A DNA stretch of 64,000 bases from an uncultured Chroococcidiopsis sp. (GCA_964248365.1 CAXTYC010000002.1:198547-262546); one strand, 5' to 3'; positions 30,580 to 44,201 are shown, numbered from the stretch's first letter. Notes: generated by a model not told the origin, from the sequence alone. A program made the numbers and translations.

Positions 30580-31231
30580 AATATACTAAATAGAAAAAAC
30601 AGCCACTCAAATTTAAGTGTATTGGTAGCTAATAATAAAAGGATGTTTTCAACTTCAGCTATGTTGAATTAATTAAACTGTAAGTTGTAAGATATCTATT
30701 ATGTATCTCAAATTACTAACATTAGTTACAGAAATTCTATCTAGAGATTAACAATATAGTTGACAAGTTACATTTATTATGAATAGGAAAAACACGATTA
30801 CACTTTTCTCTTCGTACTATGTCACCACCTAACATACTGGGTTTAATTTAAAACAAAGAATTCGTAAACGGGGATTAGCTGTAGACCACACAACAATAGC
30901 TTGATTTGATATTGTTGGTTCTTTACCTTTGGGTCTTGATTACGAACATGGTTTAACGCTCTACCTATTAGCGCCATAATAAATAACGTATGGCACACAG
31001 CCGTCACGCTAACTACTGGGTGTTTTAGACGCATAGCACTAGCTAGCGATCACAAAAGGCAAATTCTGTCAACAGAGATTGTGGTTGATCAAGAATCATT
31101 TGTCATTGGTTATTAGGCATTTATCATTTTTTAAACGACGAAAAACAAAGGGCAAAGAACGGACAGCACAGTTATATTTATTTACATCCAGTTACTTTTA
31201 CTTTTGTTTCTCCAACATCTAGGCTGATTGA

Positions 31232-32449
31232 ATGAATGATTTTATGCGATTGGCAAATTTTTTACGGTATATAAGCAAACTGTGTACTCATGTGTTGGCA
31301 ATTGTTTTAGGAGTGATTCTAACAGTTAGCACTTTACAGGTGTTACCATCCCAAGCTGATCCAGCACCAGAGATATCAAATTCTGTTGCCAGCAAGACTT
31401 CAAAAGCACCTATTGAGGCTCACAGCTTTGTGACAGCGGCAGTAAATCGGGTAGGACAAGCCGTAGTGCGAATTGATACAGAGCGCACTATTAGTCGTCG
31501 TGTCCCCGATCCTTTTTTTGAAGATCCAGTCTTCCGGCGGTTTTTTGGTGATAACTTCCAGGGGCAGTTACCTCCAGAGCGATTGCAAGGTATAGGCTCA
31601 GGTTTTATTATTGACCGCAGTGGCGAAGTTCTGACCAATGCTCATGTGGTGGCTGAGGCTGATAAAGTCACAGTGACGTTGAAAGACGGACGCATCTTGG
31701 AAGGAAAGGTACAAGGCGTAGATGAAGTCACAGATTTAGCCGTAGTTAAGATTAATGGGGGCGATTTGCCAGTAGCTTCTCTGGGAGATTCAGCTGATGT
31801 GCAAGTAGGAGATTGGGCGATCGCTGTTGGCAATCCTTTAGGATTTGATAATACCGTCACACTGGGAATTGTCAGCACTCTCAAACGTTCCAGCGCACAA
31901 GTTGGCATCCCTGACAAACGCCTTGATTTTATTCAAACCGATGCTGCAATTAACCCAGGTAATTCGGGTGGTCCACTATTGAATGACCGAGGAGAAGTGA
32001 TTGGCATCAACACTGCCATTCGACCAGATGCTATGGGTATCGGCTTTGCTATCCCAATTAACAAAGCCAAAACAATCAAAGACAAGCTGATGCGTGGAGA
32101 AAAAATTTCCCATCCCTACCTGGGCGTGGAAATGCGTACTATAACACCCCAGCTAGCACAGCAGAATAATAGCGATCCAAATTCTCCCATCCAAGTTCCT
32201 GAAGTTAACGGTGTATTGGTGGTGCGAGTAGTGCCATCTTCCCCAGCTGCGACTGCTGGTTTACGACGGGGAGATGTAATTGTACAAATCGATGGGCAGA
32301 ATATTACCAAGGCTGAACAGTTACAAAGTCTTGTCGAAGATACTAGCTTAGGGCAAGTATTACAGGTCAAAATTCGGCGTGGTAATCAAACCCAGCAAGT
32401 GTCAGTACAAACAGGTGAGATGGAAAGTGCTTCCTTGAAGAGGGGCTAG
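31232..32449 (+). CDS. HtrA/HhoA/DegP-family serine protease with PDZ domain
   Basis: GSGFII, TNAHVV, DLAVVK, QTDAAINPGNSGGPL, C-terminal PDZ. Confidence 0.95.
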   Translation: MNDFMRLANFLRYISKLCTHVLAIVLGVILTVSTLQVLPSQADPAPEISNSVASKTSKAPIEAHSFVTAAVNRVGQAVVRIDTERTISRRVPDPFFEDPVFRRFFGDNFQGQLPPERLQGIGSGFIIDRSGEVLTNAHVVAEADKVTVTLKDGRILEGKVQGVDEVTDLAVVKINGGDLPVASLGDSADVQVGDWAIAVGNPLGFDNTVTLGIVSTLKRSSAQVGIPDKRLDFIQTDAAINPGNSGGPLLNDRGEVIGINTAIRPDAMGIGFAIPINKAKTIKDKLMRGEKISHPYLGVEMRTITPQLAQQNNSDPNSPIQVPEVNGVLVVRVVPSSPAATAGLRRGDVIVQIDGQNITKAEQLQSLVEDTSLGQVLQVKIRRGNQTQQVSVQTGEMESASLKRG

Positions 32450-32585
32450 GGGCTAGGGACTAGAAGGGTGGCAGGGGGGCAGAGGAGCTTCAGGGGCAGA
32501 GGGGATAAATTATGAATTACCTTTTCCCTTTTACCTTTTCCCTTTTCCCTTTTCCCTAGCCCCTAGCCCCTAGCCTCTAGTCCCT
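32443..32585. repeat. Inverted pair of STRR tracts (GGGGCTA)n ... (CCCCTAG)n between convergent genes
   Basis: ggggctaggggctagggactag at left, ccctagcccctagcccctagcctctagtccc at right, with an internal CCTTTTC tract. Confidence 0.8.
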
Positions 32586-32586
32586 T

Positions 32587-35500
32587 TTATTCGTCATCAT
32601 CATCAAAGTCATCGTCGTCTTCGTCTTCGTCCTCGTCCTCCAAATCATCGACCGAATCATCAATCATTAGATCGTCATCTTCATCCAGAATGGCAGGGCT
32701 GCGATCAAAGCTGAAACCGTCTCCTAGTCCCCCTTCTAAACTGTAAGCACGGGCTGTGCGATCGTCTAGCACTACGTCCATTGGATCATCTACATCGTCA
32801 AACATACCGCTAGTCATCGCGTCTAGATCATCATGGCTGGTAGCACTGATTTCTTCATAAGTGTTGAAACCAGTACCTGCTGGGATCAAGCGCCCAATAA
32901 TCACGTTTTCTTTCAAACCACGCAACCAATCGGATTTTCCTTCGATCGCTGCTTCAGTCAGTACCCGCGTTGTTTCTTGGAAGGAGGCAGCAGAAATGAA
33001 GCTATCTGTATTCAAGGATGCCTTGGTAATACCCAATAGCACAGGGGTGTATTGTGCCTTTGCACCTCCGGTAATGCTCATTGCTTCATTTACTTGCTCA
33101 ACCTGGCGCAACTCTACTAGTTCTCCAGGCAGCATGGTAGTGTCGCCACCATCATCGATGCGTACCTTAGAAGTCATCTGCCGCACAATCACTTCAATAT
33201 GCTTGTCAGCAATATCAATCCCTTGAGATTGATACACCAGCTGTACTTCATTTACCAAAAAGGTTTGTACTCGCTGTAACCCTTCTAAGGCACTGGGATA
33301 AACTCCTTCGCGGAAATTGTAATTAAAGAATATCTCCAAAATTTCGTGGGGATTAGCAGGACCATCAGTTAGGGCTTGTCCTACCTCGACAGTAGCACCA
33401 TCGGCTACTACTGCATTCTGTCCAGGTCCAATTGGATACTCAGTAATGTTGCCAGAGTCTTCAATTACCTTAATGGCGATTGTTTCTTCCTCTAACCTCG
33501 TTACCTCTACAGTTCCAGGTTGACGAGCTAGAACGCAAGCTTCCTTGGGCTTACGCGCTTCTAGTAGCTCTTCAATTCTGGGCAAACCCTGGATAATATC
33601 ACCAGTTTTTGCTCGCTCGAACACTAGCAGCACTAGATTATCACCCCGTTGTACAAGTTCGCCGTCTTCTACCTGCAATACTGCACCGTTACTGACACGG
33701 TATGGACGACCTGTACGTAGTGTGATTTCATAAGTAGTATTTGCTAGTGCGCTATCCTCACCATTTTGGGTTGTAGGTTGGGTGTCTTGGGTGTCCTGTC
33801 GTTTGATTTCCAGTACTTGACCGGATTCTTCTGCCACAATTCCAGGTGAAATTTCGCTACCAGCTACTAGTAGTTCACCTTTTTTAAGGCGCGGACGCTC
33901 TTTTGTGGTCAGGGTCGTGCGATCGCTTTCTCTTAGTACTAAGATGCGGCGAATTGCTTCTGCTCCTTCTCTAATTCCTCGGATTTCTCCTGCATCTTTG
34001 CACTGAATTTCTGTTTGGGCTACAACTGCGTCAGGTGGAATTACTTGCCCATCTTCGACGAGCAATTTAGTAGAGGTACTTCCTTGAGTAGCATCTGCTG
34101 CAACATCGCGGCGGATTACCAATGATTCCAAAATCACCAGCTGTAATCGCTGAAGATTTGGATCTTCGGCATCCTGAATCAATTCAATATCCGCTACCAT
34201 TGGCGAACCGCTATGTTCTGCTACAGTATCCTGCTCAATTTCCAACACTAGTTGGGTACGCAGCAGTTCGACTCCTTCGATTGATTTCACTCGTTCGGAG
34301 TCTTTGTAAGTTACACGCTGTACTGCGCGTAATTCAATCCGGCGACCCGATTGATTGACAGATTGCGTACTCGGTACGGCTGGAGAATTTGGCACGGCAT
34401 ATTCAACCACTGGTCTGAGCAATAAAGCTGGACCTTCTGGAGATTCCACGTATTCGATGTAACGTATATCCGAGAGCGTATGCCCTGGAATAATTTCCTC
34501 TCCAGGCTGAGCTATCTGTCCATCGCGTCCAATTACTGCTTCTGGATCATCTACCATCAGCAGCTCACCTGGTTTGATCACCAGTTCCCGCAGAATATCG
34601 TTTTTCTGCGTTACCGTAACAACACCATTGGTTTGGGCAAAGATATCCTTGACTACTTCGGTTCCGGCTTCGACATATTGACCGTCTTCTACCATCAATA
34701 GGGAGATATCCTTATTGACTTCGTGGGTTTCTTCAGGAATCCACAACAAGGTTCCACCTTGCACGACTTCATAGCCAAGCTTGGCTTTGCCTTTCTTGCC
34801 GATTTCCACTCCGGCATATTTAATCATGCCACCAGTGGTAGTGCGATAAGAATCATCAATTAGCTCTGCCACCACTTGGTTATTTTGGACTTTGGTTCCT
34901 GGTGTGGCTAACAGAGAAAACTGTTGATTGTTGTTGGTTTCAATTATGTAGTGATCGCGTCCTTGGAAACTTTCGGATCTTACAGTAGCAGTGTCTAAAA
35001 CGACCGATGCGGTAATGATTTCAATTTCCCGCTGTCGCCCTGATTCTCCGGTTTGCGGCAAGCGTACCTTACCTCCGTGCAGGCTGGTGAGCTTCATTTG
35101 CGCCAGTACGCTGCCTGGTTCTACGCGATCGCCGTTATTTACAGATGGTTCTGCGCCTGGGGGCAGGTTGTAAACTTCTCCAGACAAAATCCAAATCAAA
35201 CCGCCTCTGCTCGCGGTTGTAGTTGTATTGCCTTGGCGATCAGTTTTTTCTTCCGCCACCACATCGGCAAATTTCACTTCTCCTGCTAAGTCAGAAGCTA
35301 CATCTTTAGTAATTTTTTCCGTACTTGTTCTGGTAGTACGACTACCAATTGCCACTTCTGCTAGGAGTTGTGCGGTTTTAACACTCTGACCATCTTTAAT
35401 GTAGAGCGTTGAATTTTGGGTAATAGGAATAGTTATTGCCCTGCCCCCACCCGCTGGCTCCAAAGTTAGAGAACCGTTGCTTTCTGCTAGCAGGGCATCT

Positions 35501-36639
35501 TCACCGTGACGAGTTCTAAATGGTCTTGTCCGCAAGCTGCGAGGAATACGAATAGTACCATCGAGTTCTGCTCGCTCTTGTCGAGCCACTTCCCCAGTAA
35601 ACACACCACCAGTGTGGAATGTCCGCATGGTTAGCTGGGTTCCTGGTTCACCAATACTTTGGGCAGCGATAATGCCAACCGCTTCACCCAAATCGACCAT
35701 TTTAGCATGAGCTAGGCTCCAACCGTAGCAGTGTTGGCAGACCGATCGCGCCGCTTCGCAGGTAAGGGGCGATCGCACCATAACTTCTTCGACCTGGGCT
35801 TTTTGAATGGCGATCGCTAGCTCATCAGACATTGGCTGGTTTTTTTGCGCCAGCACTTCTTTGGTTTTTGGATGAACCACATCTTCCAGGCATACTCTAC
35901 CCAGCAAGCGGGAGGCAAGGGGAATCATCGTGCGGCTGCCGTCTTTCATGGCTCGAATTGGAATTCCCCGCGTGGTTCCACAATCTATCTCCCGAATGAT
36001 GACATCCTGAGACACGTCTACCAAGCGCCTCGTGAGATAGCCGGAATCTGCCGTTCTTAAGGCTGTATCCACTAGCCCTTTTCTCGCACCGTAGGACGAA
36101 ATAATATATTCGGTAACAGTCAGCCCTTCTCGGAAATTAGTTTTAATTGGCAGGTCAATAATTTCCCCTTGCGGATCTGCCATTAGTCCCCGCATTCCTA
36201 CTAACTGACGGACTTGGGAAATATTCCCCCTAGCTCCAGAGAAAGCCATCATGTAGACGGAATTGAGCGGGTTAGTAGCCCTAAAATGTTGTACTACTTC
36301 GTCTTTAAGTGCTTCACTGGTACTATTCCAGGTATCAATTACTTTTTGGAAGCGTTCTACTTCTGTGATTTCGCCGCGTGTATAGCGCTCTTCTGTAGCG
36401 CGAATTTCGGCTTCGGCGGCTTCCAATAGCGCTCTTTTGCTGGGCGGAACCATCAAGTCATCTACACTAATCGAAACCCCAGCTTTAGTAGCGTAGCGAA
36501 ATCCTAAATCTTTTAGACGGTCAGCCATTGCTGCTGTACGGGCAGTGCCATAATGCATAAACGCCCAAGCAATCAAATTCTTCAGCTGACCCTTGTCAAC
36601 CATCCGATTCCGAAAAATCATTTCCTTGCCGTCTGCCAT
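32587..36639 (-). CDS. rpoC2: DNA-directed RNA polymerase subunit beta'' (RpoC2)
   Basis: [58 protein letters not shown]; likely start [11 protein letters not shown] because the upstream extension is translated STRR. Confidence 0.98.
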   Translation of the reverse strand: MADGKEMIFRNRMVDKGQLKNLIAWAFMHYGTARTAAMADRLKDLGFRYATKAGVSISVDDLMVPPSKRALLEAAEAEIRATEERYTRGEITEVERFQKVIDTWNSTSEALKDEVVQHFRATNPLNSVYMMAFSGARGNISQVRQLVGMRGLMADPQGEIIDLPIKTNFREGLTVTEYIISSYGARKGLVDTALRTADSGYLTRRLVDVSQDVIIREIDCGTTRGIPIRAMKDGSRTMIPLASRLLGRVCLEDVVHPKTKEVLAQKNQPMSDELAIAIQKAQVEEVMVRSPLTCEAARSVCQHCYGWSLAHAKMVDLGEAVGIIAAQSIGEPGTQLTMRTFHTGGVFTGEVARQERAELDGTIRIPRSLRTRPFRTRHGEDALLAESNGSLTLEPAGGGRAITIPITQNSTLYIKDGQSVKTAQLLAEVAIGSRTTRTSTEKITKDVASDLAGEVKFADVVAEEKTDRQGNTTTTASRGGLIWILSGEVYNLPPGAEPSVNNGDRVEPGSVLAQMKLTSLHGGKVRLPQTGESGRQREIEIITASVVLDTATVRSESFQGRDHYIIETNNNQQFSLLATPGTKVQNNQVVAELIDDSYRTTTGGMIKYAGVEIGKKGKAKLGYEVVQGGTLLWIPEETHEVNKDISLLMVEDGQYVEAGTEVVKDIFAQTNGVVTVTQKNDILRELVIKPGELLMVDDPEAVIGRDGQIAQPGEEIIPGHTLSDIRYIEYVESPEGPALLLRPVVEYAVPNSPAVPSTQSVNQSGRRIELRAVQRVTYKDSERVKSIEGVELLRTQLVLEIEQDTVAEHSGSPMVADIELIQDAEDPNLQRLQLVILESLVIRRDVAADATQGSTSTKLLVEDGQVIPPDAVVAQTEIQCKDAGEIRGIREGAEAIRRILVLRESDRTTLTTKERPRLKKGELLVAGSEISPGIVAEESGQVLEIKRQDTQDTQPTTQNGEDSALANTTYEITLRTGRPYRVSNGAVLQVEDGELVQRGDNLVLLVFERAKTGDIIQGLPRIEELLEARKPKEACVLARQPGTVEVTRLEEETIAIKVIEDSGNITEYPIGPGQNAVVADGATVEVGQALTDGPANPHEILEIFFNYNFREGVYPSALEGLQRVQTFLVNEVQLVYQSQGIDIADKHIEVIVRQMTSKVRIDDGGDTTMLPGELVELRQVEQVNEAMSITGGAKAQYTPVLLGITKASLNTDSFISAASFQETTRVLTEAAIEGKSDWLRGLKENVIIGRLIPAGTGFNTYEEISATSHDDLDAMTSGMFDDVDDPMDVVLDDRTARAYSLEGGLGDGFSFDRSPAILDEDDDLMIDDSVDDLEDEDEDEDDDDFDDDDE

Positions 36640-36791
36640 GTTCTTTAGGGAGTAGGGAGTAGGGAGTAGGGAGTAGGGTAAGGGGCAAGGGGGCAAAAGG
36701 GGAGAGGTGGAATCAGGGGAGAGTGGGAGAATTTCACACAAACACCTTATCCCCGTATCACCTCATCACCCCATCCTCTTGCCTCTTGCCT

Positions 36792-38666
36792 CTAGATCAG
36801 TGCTTCCTGAATTGCCTTGTTGTAAATGATTCGACCTGGAGTTGTGCGAATGAACTGGGAAATTAGATTACCAGATGCATCTTCCCGCACTCGGCGCTCT
36901 TTATATTGTTTGGCAACTGTACCATCACTCAATTGCTCTACCTGCAAAGGCTCTGTATCTGGTTCTGCCGAATCCACCTGCCCATCAAAGCGCACCCAGA
37001 CTTTGGCGTGTAGATCAACCAGATCTTGTTCATACGCCATAATCGCGTCATCTAGGGAAGCAAAGTAGCGTCCAGCTCCTTTAGTACTATTGGGATTCTC
37101 TGCTGTTAGGTAATAGCAGCCCAGCACCATATCCTGGCTAGGGGTGATAATTGGTCTGCCTGTGGCTGGTGACAGAACATTGTTGGAAGCCAGCATCAAC
37201 AGCCTTGCTTCTGATTGCGACTCCAGAGATAAAGGTACGTGTACCGCCATTTGGTCGCCGTCAAAGTCAGCGTTAAATGCTGGACACACCAAGGGATGTA
37301 GCTGAATGGCGCGACCTTCTACCAAAATCGGTTCAAAGGATTGAATACCTAACCTGTGTAGGGTAGGAGCGCGGTTCAGCAGGACGGGATGCCCTTCGAT
37401 CACTTCTTCCAACACATCCCACACGCTGGGATCACCGCGTTGGATTAGTTTTTTAGCAGCTTTGATGTTATTGACAACACCGCTACGAATTAGCCGATGG
37501 ATCACAAACGGCTGAAACAGTTCGATCGCCATTTCTCTTGGCAATCCGCACTGGTGAATTTTTAATTTTGGTCCTACTACAATTACTGAGCGTCCCGAAT
37601 AGTCCACTCGTTTTCCTAGCAGGTTTTGGCGGAAACGACCTTGCTTTCCTTCAATAATGTCAGAAAGAGATTTCAGCGGTCGGTTGTTTGCCCCCACTAC
37701 AGTGCGACCCCGACGACCATTGTCAATTAGGGCATCTACTGCTTCTTGCAGCATCCGCTTTTCGTTACGCACGATAATCTCTGGAGCAAGAATTTCTTGC
37801 AGCCGTGCCAAGCGGTTATTGCGGTTAATTACCCGTCGATACAGGTCATTCAAATCGCTGGTAGCAAAGCGACCTCCATCTAGCTGCACCATTGGGCGCA
37901 AATCTGGGGGAATGACTGGAATATAAGTCATTACCATCCACTCAGGTTTGGAACCTGTAGCGATGAAGTTGTCAATCACTCGCAACCGCTTGATTAGCTT
38001 TGCTCGCTTTTGCCCTTTGGCATTGCCAATTTCTTCTCGCAGTTTCTCTGCTTCTGTTTCTAAATTAATGTCTGCCAGTAGTCGCGCCAGTGCTTCGGCT
38101 CCAATTCCCACTTCTACACCAGTCAGTTGGGAATCTTCGCTGTAAAGTTGGTCTTCAATTTCAATCCACTGGTCTTCACTAAGCAGCTGCTTGTAGGTAA
38201 GAGTGTCGGCATTACCAGGAGCCAAGACAACATAGGCATTAAAGTAGACGATTTGTTCTACATCCCGCAATGGCATATCCAGCAAAATTGCGATGTAGCT
38301 GGGAATGCCTTTGAGATACCAAACATGAGCAACTGGGGCAGCCAGTTTAATAAATCCCATGCGATGACGACGAACGCGGGATTCAGTCACTTCTACGCCG
38401 CAGCGCTCACATACAATTCCCCGATGGCGCACTCGCTTGTATTTACCGCAATGACATTCCCAATCCTTAGCAGGACCAAAGATGCGCTCACAAAATAGCC
38501 CATCCATCTCAGGCTTGAGCGTTCTGTAATTAATTGTTTCCGGCTTTGTTACTTCACCAACTAGCTGACCATTTGGCAAGGTTCTTTCTCCCCATTGCCG
38601 AATTCGGTCTGGTGAAGCAATACCAATTTTTACGTAGTCGAACTGATTTACTAGGGGAGTTCTCAT
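36792..38666 (-). CDS. rpoC1: DNA-directed RNA polymerase subunit gamma (RpoC1)
   Basis: Zn finger CHCGKY...[13 protein letters not shown] catalytic motif. Confidence 0.99.
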   Translation of the reverse strand: MRTPLVNQFDYVKIGIASPDRIRQWGERTLPNGQLVGEVTKPETINYRTLKPEMDGLFCERIFGPAKDWECHCGKYKRVRHRGIVCERCGVEVTESRVRRHRMGFIKLAAPVAHVWYLKGIPSYIAILLDMPLRDVEQIVYFNAYVVLAPGNADTLTYKQLLSEDQWIEIEDQLYSEDSQLTGVEVGIGAEALARLLADINLETEAEKLREEIGNAKGQKRAKLIKRLRVIDNFIATGSKPEWMVMTYIPVIPPDLRPMVQLDGGRFATSDLNDLYRRVINRNNRLARLQEILAPEIIVRNEKRMLQEAVDALIDNGRRGRTVVGANNRPLKSLSDIIEGKQGRFRQNLLGKRVDYSGRSVIVVGPKLKIHQCGLPREMAIELFQPFVIHRLIRSGVVNNIKAAKKLIQRGDPSVWDVLEEVIEGHPVLLNRAPTLHRLGIQSFEPILVEGRAIQLHPLVCPAFNADFDGDQMAVHVPLSLESQSEARLLMLASNNVLSPATGRPIITPSQDMVLGCYYLTAENPNSTKGAGRYFASLDDAIMAYEQDLVDLHAKVWVRFDGQVDSAEPDTEPLQVEQLSDGTVAKQYKERRVREDASGNLISQFIRTTPGRIIYNKAIQEALI

Positions 38667-38843
38667 AGATAAAGGATGAAGTATGAAGTGGGAAGTATGA
38701 AGTATGAAGTATGAAGGAGTTGTGGAGTTGTGGAGGTGTGGAGTTGTGGAGTTGTGGAATATTTAATTCTTTCCCGAGTCCCGAGTTCCTTTCCCCTTTT
38801 TCCTTTTTCCTTTTTGGCTTTAGCCTTTATCCTTCATCCTTTG

Positions 38844-41800
38844 TTAAATTTCTTCTTCTTCCAATGACTCGCGGCTGAGCGATTCATAAGTGGGTCGTGA
38901 GGGAGTACGACGACCAGCGGGATCTGCCATCAAATCTACTTCCACGTCTAAAGTACTGCCGCTACCGTCTGTTTGGGTTTCGACTTTATGCACAGCAATG
39001 TCTAATCCTAGAGACTGGAGTTCTCGCATTAGCACTTTGAATGATTCTGGTGTACCAGGTCTTGGAATCGCCTTGCCTTTGACGATCGCATTTAATGCTT
39101 CGTTCCGTCCCTGCATATCGTCGGATTTTACCGTCAGCAATTCCTGCAAGGTGTATGCCGCTCCAAATGCTTCCAATGCCCACACTTCCATTTCTCCAAA
39201 TCGCTGACCTCCTTGTTGCGCTTTGCCGCCCAAAGGCTGCTGTGTTACCAAAGAGTATGGTCCGGTCGAACGAGCGTGGATCTTGTCATCTACCAGGTGT
39301 ACTAGTTTCAGCATATACGCCATGCCGATTGTGATTGGGCGATCAAATGGTTCCCCAGTCCGACCATCAAACACCTGGATTTTGCCTGCATTTTCTGGGT
39401 CATATAACCAATCCTCACCATTGCGATCGCGCGCTTCCATCAGTTTGCCATGCACAATCGTTCTGGAAGACTCTTCTCCATACATCTCGTCAAACGGAGT
39501 CAGTTTAAACCGTAATCCTAGATTGGCTCCTGCCCAACCCAACAGACACTCAAACACTTGACCCACGTTCATCCGCGAAGGCACACCCAAGGGATTTAGC
39601 ACAATATCCACCGATCTGCCATCTGGCAAGTAGGGCATATCTTCCACTGGGAGGATGCGAGAAATAATTCCCTTATTTCCGTGCCTTCCTGCCATTTTGT
39701 CGCCTACTTGGATCTTACGCTTCTGGGCTACGTACACCCGTACAACCATATTTGCCCCAGGTGGCAGCTCGTCCCCTTGTTCGCGGGTAAATACCCGCAC
39801 ATCGACTACACGCCCTTTTTCACCGTTAGGTACTCTGAGCGAGTTGTCACGTACATCCCGCGCCTTTTCACCAAAAATTGCCCGTAGCAGCTTTTCTTCT
39901 GGCGGCTGATCTGATTCACCTTTGGGCGTTACTTTCCCCACCAAGATATCCCCAGACTCTACCCAGGCTCCAATGCGGATAATTCCTTGCTCATCAAGCT
40001 GCCGCAGAGAATCTTCCCCAACATTGGGAATTTCCCGTGTGATTTCTTCTGGTCCTAGCTTTGTCTGCCGTGCCTCAATTTCATACTTCTCAATATGAAT
40101 TGAGGTGTATAGGTCTTCCTGTACCAGCCTTTCTGAGATCAAAATCGCGTCTTCGTAGTTGTAGCCTTCCCAAGGCATATACGCGACTAAGATATTTTGT
40201 CCCAGCGCTAGTTCACCGCCCTCGGTAGAGGAGCCATCGGCTATGACTTGACCTGCTGCAACTTTGTCACCTTTTTGTACCAAAGGACGCTGATTCAAGC
40301 AGGTGTCTTGGTTAGAGCGCTGATACTTAGAAATGGGATACTCAATTTCCCCGCCCCCATTGGAGCGAACGCGAATCTTGGTAGCATCTACATAACTAAT
40401 TTCGCCATCAGTACGGCTGATGATCACCATTCCAGAGTCCCGTGCTGCCTGTGCCTCTAATCCAGTTCCTACCAAGGGTCGCTCTGGTCTTAGCAAAGGC
40501 ACTGCTTGCCGCTGCATATTAGAACCCATCAGGGCGCGGTTAGCGTCGTCATGCTCCAAGAATGGAATCAAACTCGTAGCCACTGACACAATCTGTACAG
40601 GAGACACCGCTACGTAGTCCACTTGATCCGGTGTCGTCGTAGTGAATTCCTGCCGATACCTCACTGGTACTTGTGGTCCAATGATATAACCATTTTCATC
40701 TACGGGAATATCACCTGGGGCAACGCGAATGTCATCCTCTTCATCGGCTGTCATATACACGGGCGGCAGGTCAAATCGTACCCGCCCGTTTTCTACAGGT
40801 CTAGATGGCGTTTCCAAAAAGCCATATTGATTTACTTTGGCATGAGTTGCCAAAGAGCCAATCAAACCAGCGTTTGGACCTTCTGGCGTTTCAATTGGGC
40901 AAATGCGTCCATAGTGGGATGGGTGAATATCCCGCACAGCAAATCCAGCGCGTTCTCTGGTTAATCCCCCTGGACCTAGTGCTGATAGTCGGCGTTTGTG
41001 AGTCAGTTCTGCTAGGGGATTGGTTTGATCCATAAACTGGCTCAATTGGCTGGAGCCGAAGAACTCCTTAATTGCTGCTACCAGTGGTTTGGGGTTGACC
41101 AATGAAGTCGGAATTAGGTTTTCTACATCCGAAACGGTCATACGTTCGCGGATAATCCGCTCTAAGCGGTTTAGTCCCACTCTGACTTGATTTTGCAGCA
41201 ATTCACCTACGCTTCTGACTCGCCTGTTACCCAGGTGGTCAATGTCATCGGTGCTACCCATGTCAAACTCTAGGTTAATTAGGTAGTCGATCGCCGCCAA
41301 AATATCAGTAGGTGTCAATACTCGGGTCGTATCAGGAATTGATAACCGTAACTTCTTGTTCAGTTTGTATCTACCTACACGCCCTAGATCGTATCGCTTC
41401 GGATCAAAAAAGCGAGAATCTAGTAACTGTTGACCGCCCAATACTGTCGGGGGTTCGCCTGGGCGTAATTTGCGATACAACTCCATCAGGGCATCTTCTT
41501 CCGAGAACTGCCCTTCTTTCTCAATCGTCTTTTGAAAATACTCTGGGTGACGCAATGCGTCCATAATTTCATTGTCAGTTAGACCCAGTGCTTTCAATAG
41601 TACCTGAGCTGACAATTTTCGGGTTTTATCAATTCGTACCCAGACTAAATCGTTGCGATCTGTTTCAAATTTCAGCCATGCCCCTCGGTTGGGGATTAAG
41701 CTAGCGCTGTAAGTACGGCGACCGTTTTTATCAATTTCTGATTTGTAGTAAACTCCTGGCGATCGGACAATTTGGTTAACAATTACCCGTTCTGCTCCAT

Positions 41801-42149
41801 TAATGATGAAGGTTCCCCGATCTGTCATCAAGGGCAAATCGCCGATAAACACTTCTTGCTCTTTAATTTCGCCCGTTTCTTTGTTAATCAGGCGTGTAGG
41901 TACATACATCTGTACCGCATAGGTACTATCACGCCGCTTAGCTTCGTCTACGTCGTATTTGGGTTGCTTGAGTTTATAATTTTGACCCAATAAGTGTAGT
42001 TCCAGCTTGCCAGTGTAGTCTGTAATCGGTGAGAAGCTGTTGAGTTCTTCAATCAGTCCTTCTTCTAAAAACCAGCGGAAGCTTGCTTTTTGGATTTCAA
42101 TTAAATCGGGCAGCAGGAAGGCGGGTTCTATATGGTTTTCGTTAGTCAT
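38844..42149 (-). CDS. rpoB: DNA-directed RNA polymerase subunit beta
   Basis: [34 protein letters not shown]. Confidence 0.99.
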   Translation of the reverse strand: MTNENHIEPAFLLPDLIEIQKASFRWFLEEGLIEELNSFSPITDYTGKLELHLLGQNYKLKQPKYDVDEAKRRDSTYAVQMYVPTRLINKETGEIKEQEVFIGDLPLMTDRGTFIINGAERVIVNQIVRSPGVYYKSEIDKNGRRTYSASLIPNRGAWLKFETDRNDLVWVRIDKTRKLSAQVLLKALGLTDNEIMDALRHPEYFQKTIEKEGQFSEEDALMELYRKLRPGEPPTVLGGQQLLDSRFFDPKRYDLGRVGRYKLNKKLRLSIPDTTRVLTPTDILAAIDYLINLEFDMGSTDDIDHLGNRRVRSVGELLQNQVRVGLNRLERIIRERMTVSDVENLIPTSLVNPKPLVAAIKEFFGSSQLSQFMDQTNPLAELTHKRRLSALGPGGLTRERAGFAVRDIHPSHYGRICPIETPEGPNAGLIGSLATHAKVNQYGFLETPSRPVENGRVRFDLPPVYMTADEEDDIRVAPGDIPVDENGYIIGPQVPVRYRQEFTTTTPDQVDYVAVSPVQIVSVATSLIPFLEHDDANRALMGSNMQRQAVPLLRPERPLVGTGLEAQAARDSGMVIISRTDGEISYVDATKIRVRSNGGGEIEYPISKYQRSNQDTCLNQRPLVQKGDKVAAGQVIADGSSTEGGELALGQNILVAYMPWEGYNYEDAILISERLVQEDLYTSIHIEKYEIEARQTKLGPEEITREIPNVGEDSLRQLDEQGIIRIGAWVESGDILVGKVTPKGESDQPPEEKLLRAIFGEKARDVRDNSLRVPNGEKGRVVDVRVFTREQGDELPPGANMVVRVYVAQKRKIQVGDKMAGRHGNKGIISRILPVEDMPYLPDGRSVDIVLNPLGVPSRMNVGQVFECLLGWAGANLGLRFKLTPFDEMYGEESSRTIVHGKLMEARDRNGEDWLYDPENAGKIQVFDGRTGEPFDRPITIGMAYMLKLVHLVDDKIHARSTGPYSLVTQQPLGGKAQQGGQRFGEMEVWALEAFGAAYTLQELLTVKSDDMQGRNEALNAIVKGKAIPRPGTPESFKVLMRELQSLGLDIAVHKVETQTDGSGSTLDVEVDLMADPAGRRTPSRPTYESLSRESLEEEEI

Positions 42150-42779
42150 GCGTCTATGTAGCTCTCTACTTGTTTAGAAGGTGTTGATTTTAGGGAACGC
42201 CCCTCTTTACTACCTGTTACTGACAACAGGCGCTTGCCTTGCGCCAAAAAAAGAAACTTGCTTTTGATGTTTTGACTTGTACAATATTTTCTATTCGCTA
42301 CCCTTGGTTGTTAATCCAGCATTAGGTACTAGCGTCCTACACAGCTGGGCTAGGTATTGTAGCGACTATTGCTACCTCCACCTGACACACGGCATTACTA
42401 TCACTTCTTGTTTTGTCATTTCACCACTCATCGCTTGCGGATTGGAACGCTCTATTATTTGCGCCCACTAGCTGCAATCATCCTCAAAGCTAAATTTTTG
42501 ATCGTTCGTTTATCCTGTGTTGACCAGCTGCTTTTTGCTGGCACATGAACTCAATTTCTGCCATCTTTGAGAGAGGGAAGGGGAGAGGAAATTTTGTCTA
42601 TGGGCTATTGGCTACCCTTGTCAAGTGGTAAAAGTTTAAATTTGTAAATTTGTGCGCGATCTAGTCCAAGGTTTGATGGCAAAATAGTTTCATATATGCT
42701 CCTTAACTATTATGACGCTTTTGCTATAGCTTTGTAGGGGGCGGATTTACTCACTCCTCGGTTTCGTATTATCCGTTCT

Positions 42780-43565
42780 TTACACTGACAAGCTAAACAA
42801 TTCACAAGCATTTTGGGTTGTTTGCCGTGCGATCGCATCTTCATCTACTTGTCGCAGGCTAGCAAGTGACTGGGCTACGTAACGCACGTTGGCAGGTTCA
42901 TTCCGCCGCTCTTTCCTTTTGGGTACGGGAGTCAAAAACGGGCAATCAGTTTCAATCAGCAAGCGATCGCTTTTAACCATTTGTGCCGAGGCTTGTATTT
43001 GCGCGGCATTTTTAAACGTCACTATGCCACTGAAGCTAATATAAAAGCCCAATTCGAGAAACCATTCGGTTTCTTCTGGTGTTCCAGTCCAGCAGTGCAT
43101 CACCCCCCTTACTTTTTTACCCTCACGAGCAATAGTCTGGTGTAAAATATCTCGTACAGAGGATGCTGCCTCTCGACAATGGATAATTACTGGTAAGTCG
43201 AGAGAGGATGCTATATTCAGCTGCGCTTCAAACACCTCCACCTGCTGCTTTTGATTATCACAGTGGTAAAAATCCAGCCCAGTTTCTCCAATTGCCACTA
43301 CTTTCGCGTCAGAACGAGCTAAGGTAAAAATTTCCTCCTCCATTTTTGGTGTCCACTTGTGGGCATCTTGGGGATGCAAGCCGACAGCAAAGTGTATCTC
43401 TGGAAATCGACGGGCTAAAGCTTGAATGCTGGCAAATTCTGACGGTTCGACACAGGAATGAACCAAACGAATCACACCAGCTTCTTGCCAACGCGATCGC
43501 ACTGCCTCCAAGTCCGGCTCAAAAACATCAAAGTTAAGATGAACGTGAGAGTCTATCAGCTGCAT
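42780..43565 (-). CDS. tatD: TatD family hydrolase
   Basis: [34 protein letters not shown]. Confidence 0.95.
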   Translation of the reverse strand: MQLIDSHVHLNFDVFEPDLEAVRSRWQEAGVIRLVHSCVEPSEFASIQALARRFPEIHFAVGLHPQDAHKWTPKMEEEIFTLARSDAKVVAIGETGLDFYHCDNQKQQVEVFEAQLNIASSLDLPVIIHCREAASSVRDILHQTIAREGKKVRGVMHCWTGTPEETEWFLELGFYISFSGIVTFKNAAQIQASAQMVKSDRLLIETDCPFLTPVPKRKERRNEPANVRYVAQSLASLRQVDEDAIARQTTQNACELFSLSV

Positions 43566-43686
43566 AACTAAAGGATGAAGTTTGTTCGCTTAGTTGCCGC
43601 CGGCGCGCAGATGTTGTTTGAAGAAGGAACAAGTGTAAAGGTTTAAATTCAGTCCTTTACCCTTTTTGCCTTTAGCCTTTTTGCCT

Positions 43687-43989
43687 TTATCCTTCAGCCT
43701 TAGCTAGTTCATACTGTTTGAGTCTTTTAGCTAAGCGGGACTTTTTCCTTGCCCCATTATTGCGATGTAACACGCCACGCTTTACGGCTTTGTCAATTTT
43801 GCTGTATGCTGCTGCCATGTGTTGCTCTACAACGGTCTTTTGTTCTGGGGTAGGATTAGCAGCATAGGTTTCTACAGCGCTAAAGTACTTTTTCATCAGC
43901 GTCTTCACAGCTGAGGTGTATGCTTTATTCCGCAGCCGATTGCGCTCGGCTATTTTGACACGCTTAAGAGCAGACTTTGTATTTGCCAC
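43687..43989 (-). CDS. rpsT: 30S ribosomal protein S20
   Basis: [31 protein letters not shown]. Confidence 0.97.
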   Translation of the reverse strand: MANTKSALKRVKIAERNRLRNKAYTSAVKTLMKKYFSAVETYAANPTPEQKTVVEQHMAAAYSKIDKAVKRGVLHRNNGARKKSRLAKRLKQYELAKAEG

Positions 43990-44201
43990 AGTTAGGTTAA
44001 GAAGAACTATCGATAATTAGACAAAATCCTAGATGTACTAATATAGCATCATGTTGCCAATATTGCGATTCTCATAAAAATCCAGGTTAAGCTAGAGGAA
44101 CGAGGATAAATAGGCTTTAAAGGCTTTGCCCTTCGGGGGTAAAGAATTTAAAATATTTATTCTCACCTAAGAAATTCCTAGATTGGCATCCCGCGAACTC
44201 C

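Noticed and set aside
30843..31034. 63-aa minus ORF, and a plus-strand GLAVDHTTI peptide reminiscent of IS6 transposases
   Set aside because: Only a 9-residue resemblance bounded by stops; insufficient evidence for either call
32833..41993. Numerous antisense ORFs over the rpo genes and other long CDSs
   Set aside because: Shadow ORFs on the opposite strand of conserved genes
32587..42149. Split rpoC and acidic RpoC2 tail; possible inteins or introns
   Set aside because: The split is normal for cyanobacteria; lengths are ordinary and no intein motifs were seen
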